Counted from the first letter of the stretch, positions 1 to 10,524 are shown. The stretch: 50,203 nucleotides of DNA from Deltaproteobacteria bacterium (GCA_016183145.1 JACPFE010000206.1:1-50203); one strand, 5' to 3'. The notes: a model not told the origin generated them from the letters alone. Translations and numbers: made by a program.

Positions 1-1
1 A

Positions 2-943
2 ATGCGAGGCCGGGTTCAGACTGGGCCGAGACAGCTAAAGGCCTTGGAAGTCGACTATAACGATTCCTCGACGCTCACTTGGGAAAAGGGCATCCGCGGA
101 ATTCTTTTTCAGCAGCGCGAAAAGCCCTACGACGTCGAGCTGAAAACCGCCAGCGCGGTTGTGGATGAGTCGCTATTCGAGGATGGCCGAAAGGCAGGTA
201 TCCACTCTGCCCTGCTTTCCCAACTGATGGACATATTCACCTGGGATATCGATTTAGAAAAGGAAATCCGCAAAGGCGACAGTTTTAAAATCTTATACGA
301 GCAGCGCACCCGGAAAGGTCAGAAATCCCGCCCATCGCTCCGGATCGTGGCAGCCGAACTGGTTAACGTGGGGCAGAAATTTACGGCAATCTATTTCGAA
401 AAGCAAAAAGGGCAAGGGAATTATTATAATCCGGAAGGAAGAAGCTTAGCCCGGGCGTTTCTCCGGTTCCCACTGGAATTCACCAGTATCTCGTCGCAAT
501 TCGCACATTCCCGTTTCCATCCTATGTTGAAAGTCAACTTACCTCATACGGGCGTCGACTTCGCCGCCGACAGGGGAACCCCGGTTCGCGCTGTGGGCGA
601 CGGCGTCGTCACTCTCGCCGGATGGAATGGTAATTATGGAAAGGCTATCGACATCCAGCATGATTCGACTTACACGAGTCGTTACGCCCATTTGGACCGG
701 TTCGCGGAAGGAATTCACAACGGGTCTTCGGTGTGGAAGGGCCAGGTTATCGGATACGTAGGCTCCACCGGACGCAGCACCGGCCCCCATCTTCACTTCG
801 AACTCTACAAGGATCAACAGTATATCGACCCATTGAGCGTTGATTTCCCGGCAGATGAGAGCATCGAACCCGCCCTGGAAAAACTTTTCGATAGCCAGAA
901 ACGAATCTATCTCGTCGAATTGTCTTCCGTGCCCCAGTCCTAA
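2..943 (+). CDS. M23 family metallopeptidase (5' partial, runs off window)
   Basis: ORF open to the window edge. LytM/M23 motifs 'HTGVDFAADRGTPV' and 'GSTGRSTGPHLHFELY'. Confidence 0.85.
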   Translation: MRGRVQTGPRQLKALEVDYNDSSTLTWEKGIRGILFQQREKPYDVELKTASAVVDESLFEDGRKAGIHSALLSQLMDIFTWDIDLEKEIRKGDSFKILYEQRTRKGQKSRPSLRIVAAELVNVGQKFTAIYFEKQKGQGNYYNPEGRSLARAFLRFPLEFTSISSQFAHSRFHPMLKVNLPHTGVDFAADRGTPVRAVGDGVVTLAGWNGNYGKAIDIQHDSTYTSRYAHLDRFAEGIHNGSSVWKGQVIGYVGSTGRSTGPHLHFELYKDQQYIDPLSVDFPADESIEPALEKLFDSQKRIYLVELSSVPQS

Positions 944-1060
944 CCCTGTACCAGCTAATCGCGCCAAGCGCAGTGTAAAACCACACCATATCGGTTATTA
1001 GCTCCGATTGGGCATGTTTCTACTTGAAGAGCCCGGTGCTTGTGCCTTCGCTATTCCTCA

Positions 1061-1558
1061 ATGTCGAAACAAACACCACATCAAGGGAGTCGGGGTTCCG
1101 CTAGAGTCATCCTGTTTTTTGCGACTGGCTTCGGCATAGGGTATTTTCCGTGGCTGCCGGGAACAGCCGGGGCGCTGTCAGCGGTGCCGCTATCGCTGGG
1201 CTTAAATGCGATCGCAGCGATTTCCCTTCCCATTGCCCTTTTGACTTTGGCTGGGGCAATTTGCTGTGCTATATGGCTATCAACTAGCGCTGCGCTGATT
1301 CTGGAGCAGAAGGACCCGCCGGTGATCGTCATCGATGAAATCGTCGGTTTTATGGTCGCCAATTTTATGGCGCCTCAGAGCGTGATGCTTCTGGGCGTCG
1401 CGTTTCTCTTGTTTCGCTTCTTCGACATCGTAAAAGTCTATCCATCGTCCAGGCTGGAGAAGCTCCCGGGCGGCGCCGGTATCGTGCTTGATGACGTCAT
1501 GGCCGGCCTATATGTCTTCGGCATTCTGCGGCTAGTCCCTTCATGGGGTCTTTTATGA
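1061..1558 (+). CDS. pgpA: phosphatidylglycerophosphatase A
   Basis: 'FFATGFGIGYFPWLPGTAGAL', 'IDEIVGF' and 'FRFFDIVKVYP' are typical of PgpA. I prefer the ATG at 1061 over the TTG at 1040. Confidence 0.85.
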   Translation: MSKQTPHQGSRGSARVILFFATGFGIGYFPWLPGTAGALSAVPLSLGLNAIAAISLPIALLTLAGAICCAIWLSTSAALILEQKDPPVIVIDEIVGFMVANFMAPQSVMLLGVAFLLFRFFDIVKVYPSSRLEKLPGGAGIVLDDVMAGLYVFGILRLVPSWGLL

Positions 1559-2790
1559 TCGATAAGGCCGTGATTCTAAGTACCGGCGACGAACTGACCA
1601 CCGGCCGGGTCGTCGACACTAACTCGGCGACCATAGCCGACCGATTGTTTGCTGCCGGCGTCGAGGTCGCGGCGGTGCTCAAAGTCGGTGATGACCGGGA
1701 AAAGCTGCTCTGGGCTTTTGGCCAGGCACGGGGTCTAGGGGACCTAATCATCGGCACCGGCGGCCTTGGGCCTACGGCGGACGACTTGACCACAGAAATG
1801 GTGGGCAAATTCCTTGGCCGTAGCTTGAAGCAAGACCAAGCAGTCGCGGCTGCTCTCAAACAACGCTTCGCGGCACGAGGTATCGCTTGGACAGAAAACA
1901 ATCTCAAGCAGGCTCTATTCCCGGAAGGCGCGACGATCATCCCCAACCCGGTGGGAACCGCGCCGGGTTTTAGGGTCGAGCTGGGCCAAGGCCAGACTCT
2001 GATCTGGCTCTCCGGAGTGCCCCGGGAGATGATCGCGATGTTGAACGAAACCGTCATGCCCTGGATCGCCGAGCAAAAGGGCGATGCCGCTAGGATTGCG
2101 GCATGCGCTTTCAAAATTCACGGTCTCACGGAGTCCAAGCTCGATGACCTCGTCAAGCCGGTAAAGCTAGGGACCTATGCGAAACTTTCTTTTCGCGCTC
2201 ATTTTCCCGACCTGACACTGGGCTTGACCGTGAGTGGAGGCGCCGCGCGAGAGAAAGACTTTACTGAAATCCGGCAACAGCTCCGCCAGATTCTGGGCCC
2301 TTACATTTACGCCGAAGGCGATGCAACATTGGAAGAGGTCGTCGGCCGGCTGCTCTTGGATCGACATCAATCCCTGGCCCTCGCCGAGTCTTGCACCGGC
2401 GGGCTGATCAGCCAGCGCATCACCCGCATCGCCGGCAGCTCGGCCTACTACCTCGGCGGCGCCGTCACCTATTCCAATGACGCCAAGGTGAGCTTTCTCG
2501 GCGTGCAACCGGCGACGCTGGAAAAGCATGGCGCGGTGAGCCGGGAAACCGCTCTGGAAATGTCCCAAGGCATCAGGGAAAGAACCGGCGCGGACATCGG
2601 TCTGAGCGTTACCGGAATCGCCGGACCTTCCGGCGGCAGCGCGGCAAAGCCGGTAGGGACGGTCTGGGTCAGCGTCGCCATGAAAACGTTTCACGAAGCG
2701 CGCCTGTTTCAGTTTCATGGCGAACGCGAGCGCGTGATTCTCGGCGCCTCCCAGGCCGCGCTCAACTGGCTGCGCCGGTGCCTGGCGTAA
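1555..2790 (+). CDS. cinA: CinA family protein (MoCF-like N-domain + nicotinamide-nucleotide amidohydrolase PncC-like C-domain)
   Basis: 'AVILSTGDELTTGRVVDTNS' N-domain and 'ESCTGGLISQRIT...VTGIAGPSGG' C-domain. The ATG at 1555 forms an ATGA overlap with the pgpA stop. The ORF track start is 1543. Confidence 0.9.
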   Translation: MIDKAVILSTGDELTTGRVVDTNSATIADRLFAAGVEVAAVLKVGDDREKLLWAFGQARGLGDLIIGTGGLGPTADDLTTEMVGKFLGRSLKQDQAVAAALKQRFAARGIAWTENNLKQALFPEGATIIPNPVGTAPGFRVELGQGQTLIWLSGVPREMIAMLNETVMPWIAEQKGDAARIAACAFKIHGLTESKLDDLVKPVKLGTYAKLSFRAHFPDLTLGLTVSGGAAREKDFTEIRQQLRQILGPYIYAEGDATLEEVVGRLLLDRHQSLALAESCTGGLISQRITRIAGSSAYYLGGAVTYSNDAKVSFLGVQPATLEKHGAVSRETALEMSQGIRERTGADIGLSVTGIAGPSGGSAAKPVGTVWVSVAMKTFHEARLFQFHGERERVILGASQAALNWLRRCLA

Positions 2791-2801
2791 AAGAAAACGC
2801 G

Positions 2802-2897
2802 GGTTCAAAGTTCAAGAGCCTGCCCTGAGTATGTCGAAGGGTTCAACGTTTAATGTTTTGATTCCGGACTTTGAACTTTGAACCTTTAACGTTGAAC
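2802..2897. repeat. cluster of GGTTCAA(A/C)GTT units in direct and inverted orientation (REP-like)
   Basis: GGTTCAAAGTTCAAG (2802-2816), GGGTTCAACGTTTAA (2839-2853), CTTTGAACTTTGAACC (2869-2884, reverse complement of unit 1) and TTTAACGTTGAAC (2885-2897, approximate reverse complement of unit 2). Confidence 0.65.
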
Positions 2898-2916
2898 AGA
2901 TTGCGAGAGCAATCCC

Positions 2917-3492
2917 GTGATCCGCGCCTTCGTCGCTGTCGACCTGGAGCCCCAAACCGTTCAGCAGATCACCGAAGCCATCGCCCGGCTCCGCCCGCAT
3001 ATACCCGGCATTCGCTGGCTGCCGCCAGCCAATTTTCATCTGACGCTCAAATTCCTAGGTGATATCGAGGAGGCCAAGGTCGAGCCCATCGCCGCCGCTC
3101 TGGAGCGTGATCTTTACCCCTTTTCGTGCTTCACCATAAATGCTAAAGGTTTAGGGGTATTCCCCGACCTGAAGCGACCTCGGATCCTGTGGGTGGGGCT
3201 GGTCGGCGGCGAACTTAACGCGCTGGCCTCCAGAGTGGAGAAGGCATTAGTCCCGTTCGGTTTCGCGGCGGAGAGGAGAGCATTCACGCCGCACTTGACC
3301 GTCGGCCGCTGGCGCGAGTTCAATGGTTCGCCGAAGGAACTGAGGGATGAAATCGAAAAATGGCAAGGCCATGATTTCGGCCGATCCAACGTCGATGAAG
3401 TGGTCTTATTTCAGAGCGTGCTTAAACCCGAAGGGGCTGTATATCGCCCGCTGAAAACCGTCGGGTTGACGAAAAAAGCGCCGCAGCCATGA
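2917..3492 (+). CDS. thpR: RNA 2',3'-cyclic phosphodiesterase (2H family, LigT/ThpR)
   Basis: Two HxTx motifs ('HLTLKFLG' and 'HLTVGRW') in a 191-aa protein. Confidence 0.85.
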   Translation: MIRAFVAVDLEPQTVQQITEAIARLRPHIPGIRWLPPANFHLTLKFLGDIEEAKVEPIAAALERDLYPFSCFTINAKGLGVFPDLKRPRILWVGLVGGELNALASRVEKALVPFGFAAERRAFTPHLTVGRWREFNGSPKELRDEIEKWQGHDFGRSNVDEVVLFQSVLKPEGAVYRPLKTVGLTKKAPQP

Positions 3493-3520
3493 CCGGCGCA
3501 GCGATCGAAGGAGGCAGCAG

Positions 3521-4573
3521 ATGGACTTGAATCGAGAAAAGGCGATCGACCTCGCCGTAAGCCAGATCGAGAGACAGTTCGGCAAAGGGGCGATCATGAA
3601 GCTCGGCGAGGGCGGAGTGGTGAAAGACGTCGCCGTGATCTCGACCGGTTCTCTCGGACTCGATATCGCTCTGGGGATCGGCGGCGTGCCGCGCGGCCGG
3701 GTCATCGAGATTTATGGTCCTGAAGCTTCGGGCAAGACAACGCTGGCGCTGCAAATTGTCGCCGAAGCCATGAAGCAGGGCGGCATGGCAGCTTTTATCG
3801 ACGCGGAACATGCGTTGGACCTGGGTTATGCGAAGAAACTCGGCGTCAAGACCGACGACCTTCTGGTCTCGCAACCGGACCATGGCGAGCAGGCCCTGGA
3901 AATCGGCGAGACTCTGGTGCGCAGCGGCGCCATCGACGTCCTGGTCATCGATTCCGTAGCGGCCCTGGTTCCTAAGGCGGAGATCGAAGGCGAGATGGGC
4001 GATTCGCACATGGGACTCCAGGCCCGCCTCATGTCTCAGGCCTTGCGAAAGCTCACCGCGACGATCGCCCGTTCCCACACCGTAGTGATTTTCATCAACC
4101 AGATCCGCATGAAGATCGGCGTGATGTTCGGCAACCCGGAAACCACGACAGGAGGCAATGCGCTTAAATTCTATGCCTCGGTGCGCATGGATATCCGCCG
4201 CATCGGAGCGTTAAAGGACGGCGACAATATCGTCGGCGGGCGCACGCGGGTCAAAGTCGTGAAGAACAAGATGGCGCCGCCGTTCAAAGAAGCGGAGTTC
4301 GACATTCTCTACGGCACCGGCATATCCCGCGACGGCGAAATCGTCGATCTCGGCAGCGAGATGGGCATCGTCGAGAAAAGCGGCGCGTGGTACTCCTTCG
4401 GCGGCGAAAGGATCGGCCAGGGACGCGAGGCCGCCAAACAATTCTTGAAGGAACACCCAGAAACTGCGGATCAGATCATGGCTAAAGTGATGGAGAAGGT
4501 CGGTTTGAAACGGCCCGCAGCCGAGGCTGAAGCGCCGGTCGCGGATAAAAAAGAGAAAGCCAAAGGCAGGTAG
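3521..4573 (+). CDS. recA: recombinase RecA
   Basis: '[12 protein letters not shown]' Walker A, '[20 protein letters not shown]' and '[32 protein letters not shown]'. GGAGG ribosome-binding site upstream. Confidence 0.98.
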   Translation: MDLNREKAIDLAVSQIERQFGKGAIMKLGEGGVVKDVAVISTGSLGLDIALGIGGVPRGRVIEIYGPEASGKTTLALQIVAEAMKQGGMAAFIDAEHALDLGYAKKLGVKTDDLLVSQPDHGEQALEIGETLVRSGAIDVLVIDSVAALVPKAEIEGEMGDSHMGLQARLMSQALRKLTATIARSHTVVIFINQIRMKIGVMFGNPETTTGGNALKFYASVRMDIRRIGALKDGDNIVGGRTRVKVVKNKMAPPFKEAEFDILYGTGISRDGEIVDLGSEMGIVEKSGAWYSFGGERIGQGREAAKQFLKEHPETADQIMAKVMEKVGLKRPAAEAEAPVADKKEKAKGR

Positions 4574-4595
4574 ATTCAAAAGGTCTTGATCGACG

Positions 4596-5090
4596 CTGAA
4601 AACCCCAAGATCCAGCTCCAAGCCGAAAGACGCGCCGGAAGATGCGCTGCAACGCGCGCTCCGTTTTCTCGGCTATCGGCCGCGCAGCGAAGCCGAAGTT
4701 CGCAACCATCTGTCGCAGCGGGGCTACTCGCCCACCGTCATCGCCCAAGCGGTGGAAAAACTCCGTTCGCTGAATTACCTTAACGATGAAACGTTTGCGC
4801 GCAACTGGGCGCGCTCCCGGGCCCAGAGCCGGGGGTACGGCCCAAATAGAATCGAACAGGAGCTAAGAGCCAAGGGCATCGCGCCAACGCTGCTGCGCGA
4901 GGTCGTGCGCGAGCTGTTTAACGACATGGATGAAGCCGGAAATGCTCAGAGGGTCTTGGCAAAAAAGTTCAAAGGCCAAAATCTCAGTGAGCCCAAGGCA
5001 CGCACCAGAGCGGCGGCTTTTTTGCAGCGACGGGGCTACAGTAGCAAAGTTATCTTTGACCTGCTGCGTTATTCAATCGAAGAAGACTGA
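4596..5090 (+). CDS. recX: recombination regulator RecX (start codon unresolved)
   Basis: The RecX-like sequence 'DALQRALRFLGYRPRSEAEVRNHLSQRGYSPTVIAQAVEKLRSLNYLNDETFARNWA...' is open in frame from 4590. There is no ATG/GTG/TTG before the GTG at 4752. The only near-cognate codon is CTG at 4596. Confidence 0.75.
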   Translation: MKTPRSSSKPKDAPEDALQRALRFLGYRPRSEAEVRNHLSQRGYSPTVIAQAVEKLRSLNYLNDETFARNWARSRAQSRGYGPNRIEQELRAKGIAPTLLREVVRELFNDMDEAGNAQRVLAKKFKGQNLSEPKARTRAAAFLQRRGYSSKVIFDLLRYSIEED

Positions 5091-5096
5091 AACGTC

Positions 5097-7736
5097 ATGA
5101 TCACCGGAAACGAGATCCGTAAATCTTTTTTAGATTACTTCGTCAAGCGGGGCCATACCGTCGTCAAAAGCTCCGGCCTGGTGCCGGACAAAGACCCGAC
5201 CTTGCTCTTCACCAACGCGGGGATGGTGCAATTCAAGAATATTTTTCTCGGCGTGGACAAACCCGCATACGCGCGCGCCGCAAGCTCGCAGAAATGTCTG
5301 CGCATCAGCGGCAAACACAACGACCTGGAAGCGGTGGGCCGCGACACCTACCATCACACTTTTTTCGAGATGCTCGGTAACTGGTCCTTCGGCGATTACT
5401 ACAAAGCAGAGGCGATCGAATGGGCGTGGGAGCTATTGACGAAAGAATGGGGCCTGCCCAAGGACAAACTCTGGGCCACCGTCTATCTCGATGACGATGA
5501 CGCGGGACGGCTCTGGGCAAAAATCAGCGGCCTGCCGGCCGAACGCATCCGCCGCTTCGGCGAGAAAGAAAATTTTTGGGAGATGGGCGAGACCGGACCC
5601 TGTGGCCCGTGCAGCGAGATTCACCTCGACCGCGGCCCCGCCGCCTGCGACATGAAAGGCGAGGCGGGTCATGAATGTCGCGTCAACGGCGACTGCGCCC
5701 GCTACATCGAGCTGTGGAACTTGGTCTTCATTCAGTACAACCGCAACGAAGATCGCAGCCTTGCGGAGCTGCCGGCCAAGCATGTCGACACCGGCATGGG
5801 CCTGGAGCGCATCACCGCCGTGCTGCAGAAAGTCTTGTCCAACTACGACGTCGATTTCATGCGTGAGTTGACCGCGACGACGGAAAAACTCACGGGCAAA
5901 AAATACGGCGCCGACGCGGCGGCGGATATATCGTTTCGCGTGATCGACGACCATGCGCGAGCGGTAAGTTTCTTGATCGCCGACGGGATCACGCCGAGCA
6001 ACGAAGGGCGCGGCTATGTATTGCGCCGCTTGCTCCGAAGGGCCGCGCGACACGGCCGCTTGATCGGCGTCCATGAGCCGTTTTTGCACCAGGTCGCCGG
6101 CACGGTCGTCGCCGTGATGGGCGAAGCCTATCCCGAACTACGCAAGGAAGAGGCGCGCATTCGCGAGGTCATTCGCATCGAGGAAGAGCGTTTCGCCGAG
6201 ACTTTGGAAACCGGCCTGGTGCTCTTGGAGGAAGCCACCGCTACGCTCAAGAAAAACAAGGGAAAGATACTCTCTGGCGACATCGCGTTCCGGCTTTATG
6301 ACACCTATGGGTTTCCTTTGGACCTCACCGAGGACATTTTGCGCGGCGAAGGAATGACCGTCGATCAATCCGGCTTTGAAAAGTTGATGGACGAGCAACG
6401 CAGCCGCGGCCGCGAGGCGCGCGAAACGGTAAGTATGGAAGCGAAGATTCAGCTCGACCGTCCGGTTTGCTTCGTCGGTTACGACCGCCTCGACGGCGAA
6501 TCGACGGTGCTGGCGATTTACGGCAGCGGTAACGGTAAGCAGGAAGCGGTGGAGGGTGAATTAATCGACCTGCTGACGGCCGAAACGCCTTTTTACGGAG
6601 AATCCGGCGGGCAGGTGGGCGACCGCGGCACGATTGCGACGGCGCGGGGCGACCTGATCGAAGTAACCGACACCCAGCATCCGACCCCGCAGCTTACGGC
6701 CCATCGCGGGCGGGTTAAAAAAGGACGGATTCAGGTTGGCGACAAAGTCCAGCTAGCGGTTGACGCTCGGCATCGTCAGCGAACCATGCTCAACCATTCG
6801 GCGACGCACATTCTTCACGCGGTGCTGCGTAAGGAACTCGGCCAGCATGTCCGGCAAGCGGGCTCGCTGGTGGCGCCGGACCGGCTGCGCTTTGATTTCA
6901 GCCACACCGGGGCCATAGCGGAAGAGAAGCTGGCGCTGATCGAAACCGACGTCAACCAGCATATCCGGGAAGACGCCGATGTGTCGATCCGCGAGTTGAG
7001 CTACGACGACGCTATCCGCCAGGGCGCGCTCGCGTTCTTCGGCGACAAGTACGGCGACCGCGTGCGCGTGGTCAGAATCGGCGACTTCTCAACCGAGCTT
7101 TGCGGCGGCACCCATGTGCACCGGTCCGGCGAGATCGGCATTTTCAAGCTCCATTTCGAAGGGGGCGTTGCCGCCGGCGTAAGGCGCGTGGAAGCTTTCA
7201 CCGGCGAGGGCGCTCTGGACCTCATTCGCGGCTATGAGCAGCGGCTCCGGGAAATCGGCGATCTCATTCGCGGCAGCGCCGACGACGCCGTGGGTAAGGT
7301 CAAAAGACTCTTGGAGCGCCAGAAGGAGCTGGAACGAGAGATCGAGAAATTGCGCGGGCAAGCCCAGAAGGATCAAATTCCGGAGCTACTCAGCAAGAGG
7401 GAGCCGATCAACGGCACGGACTTTCTTATCACGCGGGTCGATGGTTTGGATGCCAAGCAGTTGCGCGAGATCTCCGATCAGCTCAAGGCGAAGATGGGGA
7501 GTGGCTTCATCTTTTTAGCGAGCGCCCTTGAAAACAGCGTGACGCTGGTAGGAAGCGTAAGTTCCGGCCTCACCCGGCGCTTCCATGCCGGCAATATCAT
7601 CAAGGAAGTCGCTCCGATTGTTGGTGGTGGTGGCGGCGGACGCCCCGACTTCGCTCAAGCTGGAGGCAAAGATCCGTCGAAGATCGATGACGTGCTGGCG
7701 CGCGTTCGGGAACTTGTCAAAGTGGCAACCCGTTAA
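5097..7736 (+). CDS. alaS: alanine--tRNA ligase
   Basis: 879 aa with 'FTNAGMVQFK', 'FFEMLGNWSFGDYYK', editing-domain 'HSATHILH' and 'CGGTHV', and a C-terminal DHHA1-type 'GGGGGGRPDFAQAGG'. Confidence 0.98.
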   Translation: MITGNEIRKSFLDYFVKRGHTVVKSSGLVPDKDPTLLFTNAGMVQFKNIFLGVDKPAYARAASSQKCLRISGKHNDLEAVGRDTYHHTFFEMLGNWSFGDYYKAEAIEWAWELLTKEWGLPKDKLWATVYLDDDDAGRLWAKISGLPAERIRRFGEKENFWEMGETGPCGPCSEIHLDRGPAACDMKGEAGHECRVNGDCARYIELWNLVFIQYNRNEDRSLAELPAKHVDTGMGLERITAVLQKVLSNYDVDFMRELTATTEKLTGKKYGADAAADISFRVIDDHARAVSFLIADGITPSNEGRGYVLRRLLRRAARHGRLIGVHEPFLHQVAGTVVAVMGEAYPELRKEEARIREVIRIEEERFAETLETGLVLLEEATATLKKNKGKILSGDIAFRLYDTYGFPLDLTEDILRGEGMTVDQSGFEKLMDEQRSRGREARETVSMEAKIQLDRPVCFVGYDRLDGESTVLAIYGSGNGKQEAVEGELIDLLTAETPFYGESGGQVGDRGTIATARGDLIEVTDTQHPTPQLTAHRGRVKKGRIQVGDKVQLAVDARHRQRTMLNHSATHILHAVLRKELGQHVRQAGSLVAPDRLRFDFSHTGAIAEEKLALIETDVNQHIREDADVSIRELSYDDAIRQGALAFFGDKYGDRVRVVRIGDFSTELCGGTHVHRSGEIGIFKLHFEGGVAAGVRRVEAFTGEGALDLIRGYEQRLREIGDLIRGSADDAVGKVKRLLERQKELEREIEKLRGQAQKDQIPELLSKREPINGTDFLITRVDGLDAKQLREISDQLKAKMGSGFIFLASALENSVTLVGSVSSGLTRRFHAGNIIKEVAPIVGGGGGGRPDFAQAGGKDPSKIDDVLARVRELVKVATR

Positions 7737-8161
7737 TGAAAACCTTTACCGCAAAACTAACCCAAAAGACCCAAGGTTTCTGCGACATCATCGACATTAC
7801 CGCCAAGGTTCGAGGCGTCATCGAAAAAGAAAAAATTCACAGGGGCCAGGCGACGCTCTTTGTCTCCGGGTCCACCGCCGCGCTGACGACCATTGAGAAC
7901 GAATCCGGTCTGGTTCAGGACTTAAAGGAATTTGTCGAGAAGCTCATCCCATCGGACAGAAAATATCATCACGACGAACGCTGGGGCGATGACAACGGCT
8001 TTTCCCATCTGCGCGCCTCGCTGTTCGGTCCGTCGTTGGCCGTCCCCATCGAGAATGGCCGGCCGTTGCTGGGCACCTGGCAGCAGGTGGTCCTGTTGGA
8101 TTTCGACAATCGCCCGCGCACGCGCGAAATCATCGTCCAACTGATAGGAGAAAGCGAGTGA
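7736..8161 (+). CDS. YjbQ/UPF0047 family protein (secondary thiamine-phosphate synthase-like)
   Basis: 141 aa with 'ATLFVSGSTAALTTIENE', 'NGFSHLRASLFGPS' and 'GTWQQVVLLDFD'. The start forms an ATGA-type overlap with the alaS stop. Confidence 0.85.
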   Translation: MKTFTAKLTQKTQGFCDIIDITAKVRGVIEKEKIHRGQATLFVSGSTAALTTIENESGLVQDLKEFVEKLIPSDRKYHHDERWGDDNGFSHLRASLFGPSLAVPIENGRPLLGTWQQVVLLDFDNRPRTREIIVQLIGESE

Positions 8162-9183
8162 AAGACGAAAAAGAACGAGCGGCAAGCGATGCTGCCGCGG
8201 AGCATAACGCTCACTTGGATTTCCACGACCCGCGCCTGTTCCGCGATTTGCTGGGGCAGCATGACCAGCATGTAAAAATTCTCCAGCACGCCCTCGACGT
8301 GAGCATTCGCGTGCGCGGGTCCGCTCTGGAAATAGCCGGCGATCCAATCCAGGTGGAACTGGCGAGCCAGATTGTCCGGCAGCTCTACGGCCTGCTGGAG
8401 AAAGGCTATCCGGTTTATGCCAGCGACGTCGACTACGCGATCCGTATCTTAAGCGGCGACAGCCGCGCCAAGCTGCAAGACATCTTTCTCGACACGATCT
8501 ATATCTCCGCCCACAAACGGACGATCACGCCGAAGAGCATCGCGCAAAAAGCCTACATCGACGCCATCCGCCGCTACGACATCGTCTTCGGCATCGGCCC
8601 GGCGGGCACCGGCAAGACCTATCTCGCCATGGCGATGGCCGTGGCGGAGCTGATGAAGAATAATTATGTGCGGATCATTCTCACGCGGCCGGCCGTGGAG
8701 GCCGGTGAGAAGCTCGGCTTTCTGCCTGGCGATCTCGCCGAGAAGGTCAACCCCTACCTGCGCCCGCTTTACGATGCGCTACACGACATGGTCGATTTCG
8801 ACCGCGCGCATAAACTGGTGGAACGGGGCACCATCGAAGTCGCGCCCCTGGCGTTCATGCGCGGCCGGACTTTAAACGACTCTTTTGTGATTCTCGACGA
8901 AGCACAGAACACGACGCCGGAGCAGATGAAAATGTTTCTGACCCGCCTGGGCTATGGCTCCAAGGCCGTGATCACTGGCGACGCGACGCAGATCGATCTT
9001 CCCGCGGGAAAACCTTCAGGCCTGAAGGAAGCCTGGCGCATCTTGAAGGGTGTCCCTGGCATTCGTTTCGTCACTTTCACCGAAAAAGACGTGGCGCGCC
9101 ATCACCTGGTGCAAGAAATCATCGCCGCCTATGAGCGCGACGACAATCAGACCGCGGCGCGGAATATTTTGGAAAAGGCCTGA
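8158..9183 (+). CDS. phoH: PhoH family ATPase
   Basis: 'GIGPAGTGKTYLAMAMAV' Walker A, 'FVILDEAQNTTPEQMKMFLTRLG' and 'VITGDATQIDLP'. Confidence 0.9.
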   Translation: MKDEKERAASDAAAEHNAHLDFHDPRLFRDLLGQHDQHVKILQHALDVSIRVRGSALEIAGDPIQVELASQIVRQLYGLLEKGYPVYASDVDYAIRILSGDSRAKLQDIFLDTIYISAHKRTITPKSIAQKAYIDAIRRYDIVFGIGPAGTGKTYLAMAMAVAELMKNNYVRIILTRPAVEAGEKLGFLPGDLAEKVNPYLRPLYDALHDMVDFDRAHKLVERGTIEVAPLAFMRGRTLNDSFVILDEAQNTTPEQMKMFLTRLGYGSKAVITGDATQIDLPAGKPSGLKEAWRILKGVPGIRFVTFTEKDVARHHLVQEIIAAYERDDNQTAARNILEKA

Positions 9184-9307
9184 GGTTCGGCGCGCAATTC
9201 GTTGTTCGTGTCGGTGGCTCGTGTTCGCAACCCGAGCACGGGTCACGAGAACGATGATCTTCGAGGCGATTGAGCACGACGAAGCCAATGGGGTCGTTAG
9301 CAGCCTT

Positions 9308-10444
9308 TCACTGAACCGCCTCCAGCGTTACTTTCGCCTGAACCGTCTTTCCTTCGCGCACAAGGGTAACGTTGACGCTGTCTCCGACTTTGTAGCGCTC
9401 CAATATGAGAAATAATTCGTTGGGGGATTCGATCTTTTTGCCATCGATCGCCGTGATCACGTCTCCTAATCTCACCCGCCCCGAAGCTTCGCGCCGGGTC
9501 GGCCGCAGTCCGGCTTTGGCGGCGGCGCTTCCTTGCACTACCTCGACGACCAAAACCCCCGTCACTCCGAGCCGCTCGGCGATCTGATCTTCGGCGATTT
9601 GAATGCCCATTCCCGGCCGCGTCACTTTGCCACTGCGAATGAGCTCCGGCACGATCCGATTGACCGTGTCCACGGGGATGGCGAAGCCAATTCCCGCCGA
9701 CGCGCCCGATGGACTATAGATCGCGGTATTGACGCCGATCAATCGTCCCGCGCTGTCGAGCAGAGGACCGCCGGAATTGCCCGGATTGATGGCCGCGTCG
9801 GTTTGAATGACGCCTTGAATGGGCCGGCGGGTAACGGATTCGATTTCCCTACCGAGCGCGCTGATCACGCCCGTGGTCAGCGATTGATCGAGGCCAAAAG
9901 GATTGCCGATGGCGAAGACGCTTTGACCCACCTGCAAGTCTTTCGATGTGCCGACCGGAATGGCGCGGAGCTTGTTCGCCGGCGCGTCGATGCGCAAGAC
10001 GGCAAGATCTTTATCCGGCGCCACCCCGACACGGCGCGCTTTCCAGTTGGACTGATCGGCGAGCGTGACTTGCGCGGCATCGGCGTTTTGAATTACGTGG
10101 AAGTTGGTGATGATGTTGCCGCTGTTGTCCCAAATAAATCCGGAGCCGGTGCCTTCGGGAATCTGGTAGAGATTGAGCGTGAATAGATCGCGCTGCACCG
10201 CGATCGCCGTGATATGAACCACCGACGGCGAAGCCTCGCGGAATAGCGCGATCGTCGATTTCTCGCCGGCCGACAGCTCACCGCGCGCGGCAATATTGCG
10301 CGGTGCGGCGCGCGGATCATTCAACGATGCGCCGCCGAGCCAAGATTGTTTGACGAGCAAGATCGCGAGAACGGCAAGCGCCGACACTGACCAAGCAATA
10401 GTTTTCAAGCGAGGCCCTGGTTCATTCTGTGGTTGATGGGACAT
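9308..10444 (-). CDS. HtrA/DegP family serine protease (trypsin-like domain + PDZ)
   Basis: N-terminal TM segment. Catalytic-triad context 'ITNFHVI', 'DLAVLRI' and 'GNSGGPLLD'. C-terminal PDZ 'GVLVVEVVQGSAAAKAGLR...GDVITAIDGKKI'. Confidence 0.9.
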   Translation of the reverse strand: MSHQPQNEPGPRLKTIAWSVSALAVLAILLVKQSWLGGASLNDPRAAPRNIAARGELSAGEKSTIALFREASPSVVHITAIAVQRDLFTLNLYQIPEGTGSGFIWDNSGNIITNFHVIQNADAAQVTLADQSNWKARRVGVAPDKDLAVLRIDAPANKLRAIPVGTSKDLQVGQSVFAIGNPFGLDQSLTTGVISALGREIESVTRRPIQGVIQTDAAINPGNSGGPLLDSAGRLIGVNTAIYSPSGASAGIGFAIPVDTVNRIVPELIRSGKVTRPGMGIQIAEDQIAERLGVTGVLVVEVVQGSAAAKAGLRPTRREASGRVRLGDVITAIDGKKIESPNELFLILERYKVGDSVNVTLVREGKTVQAKVTLEAVQ

Positions 10445-10524
10445 GGACTCTCCTTGGCCAAATCGCTAACGCCTAATAAACTATTGGAGGAAGTTAGGGA
10501 TGCCGGGGCTGCTTGTCAAGTGAG

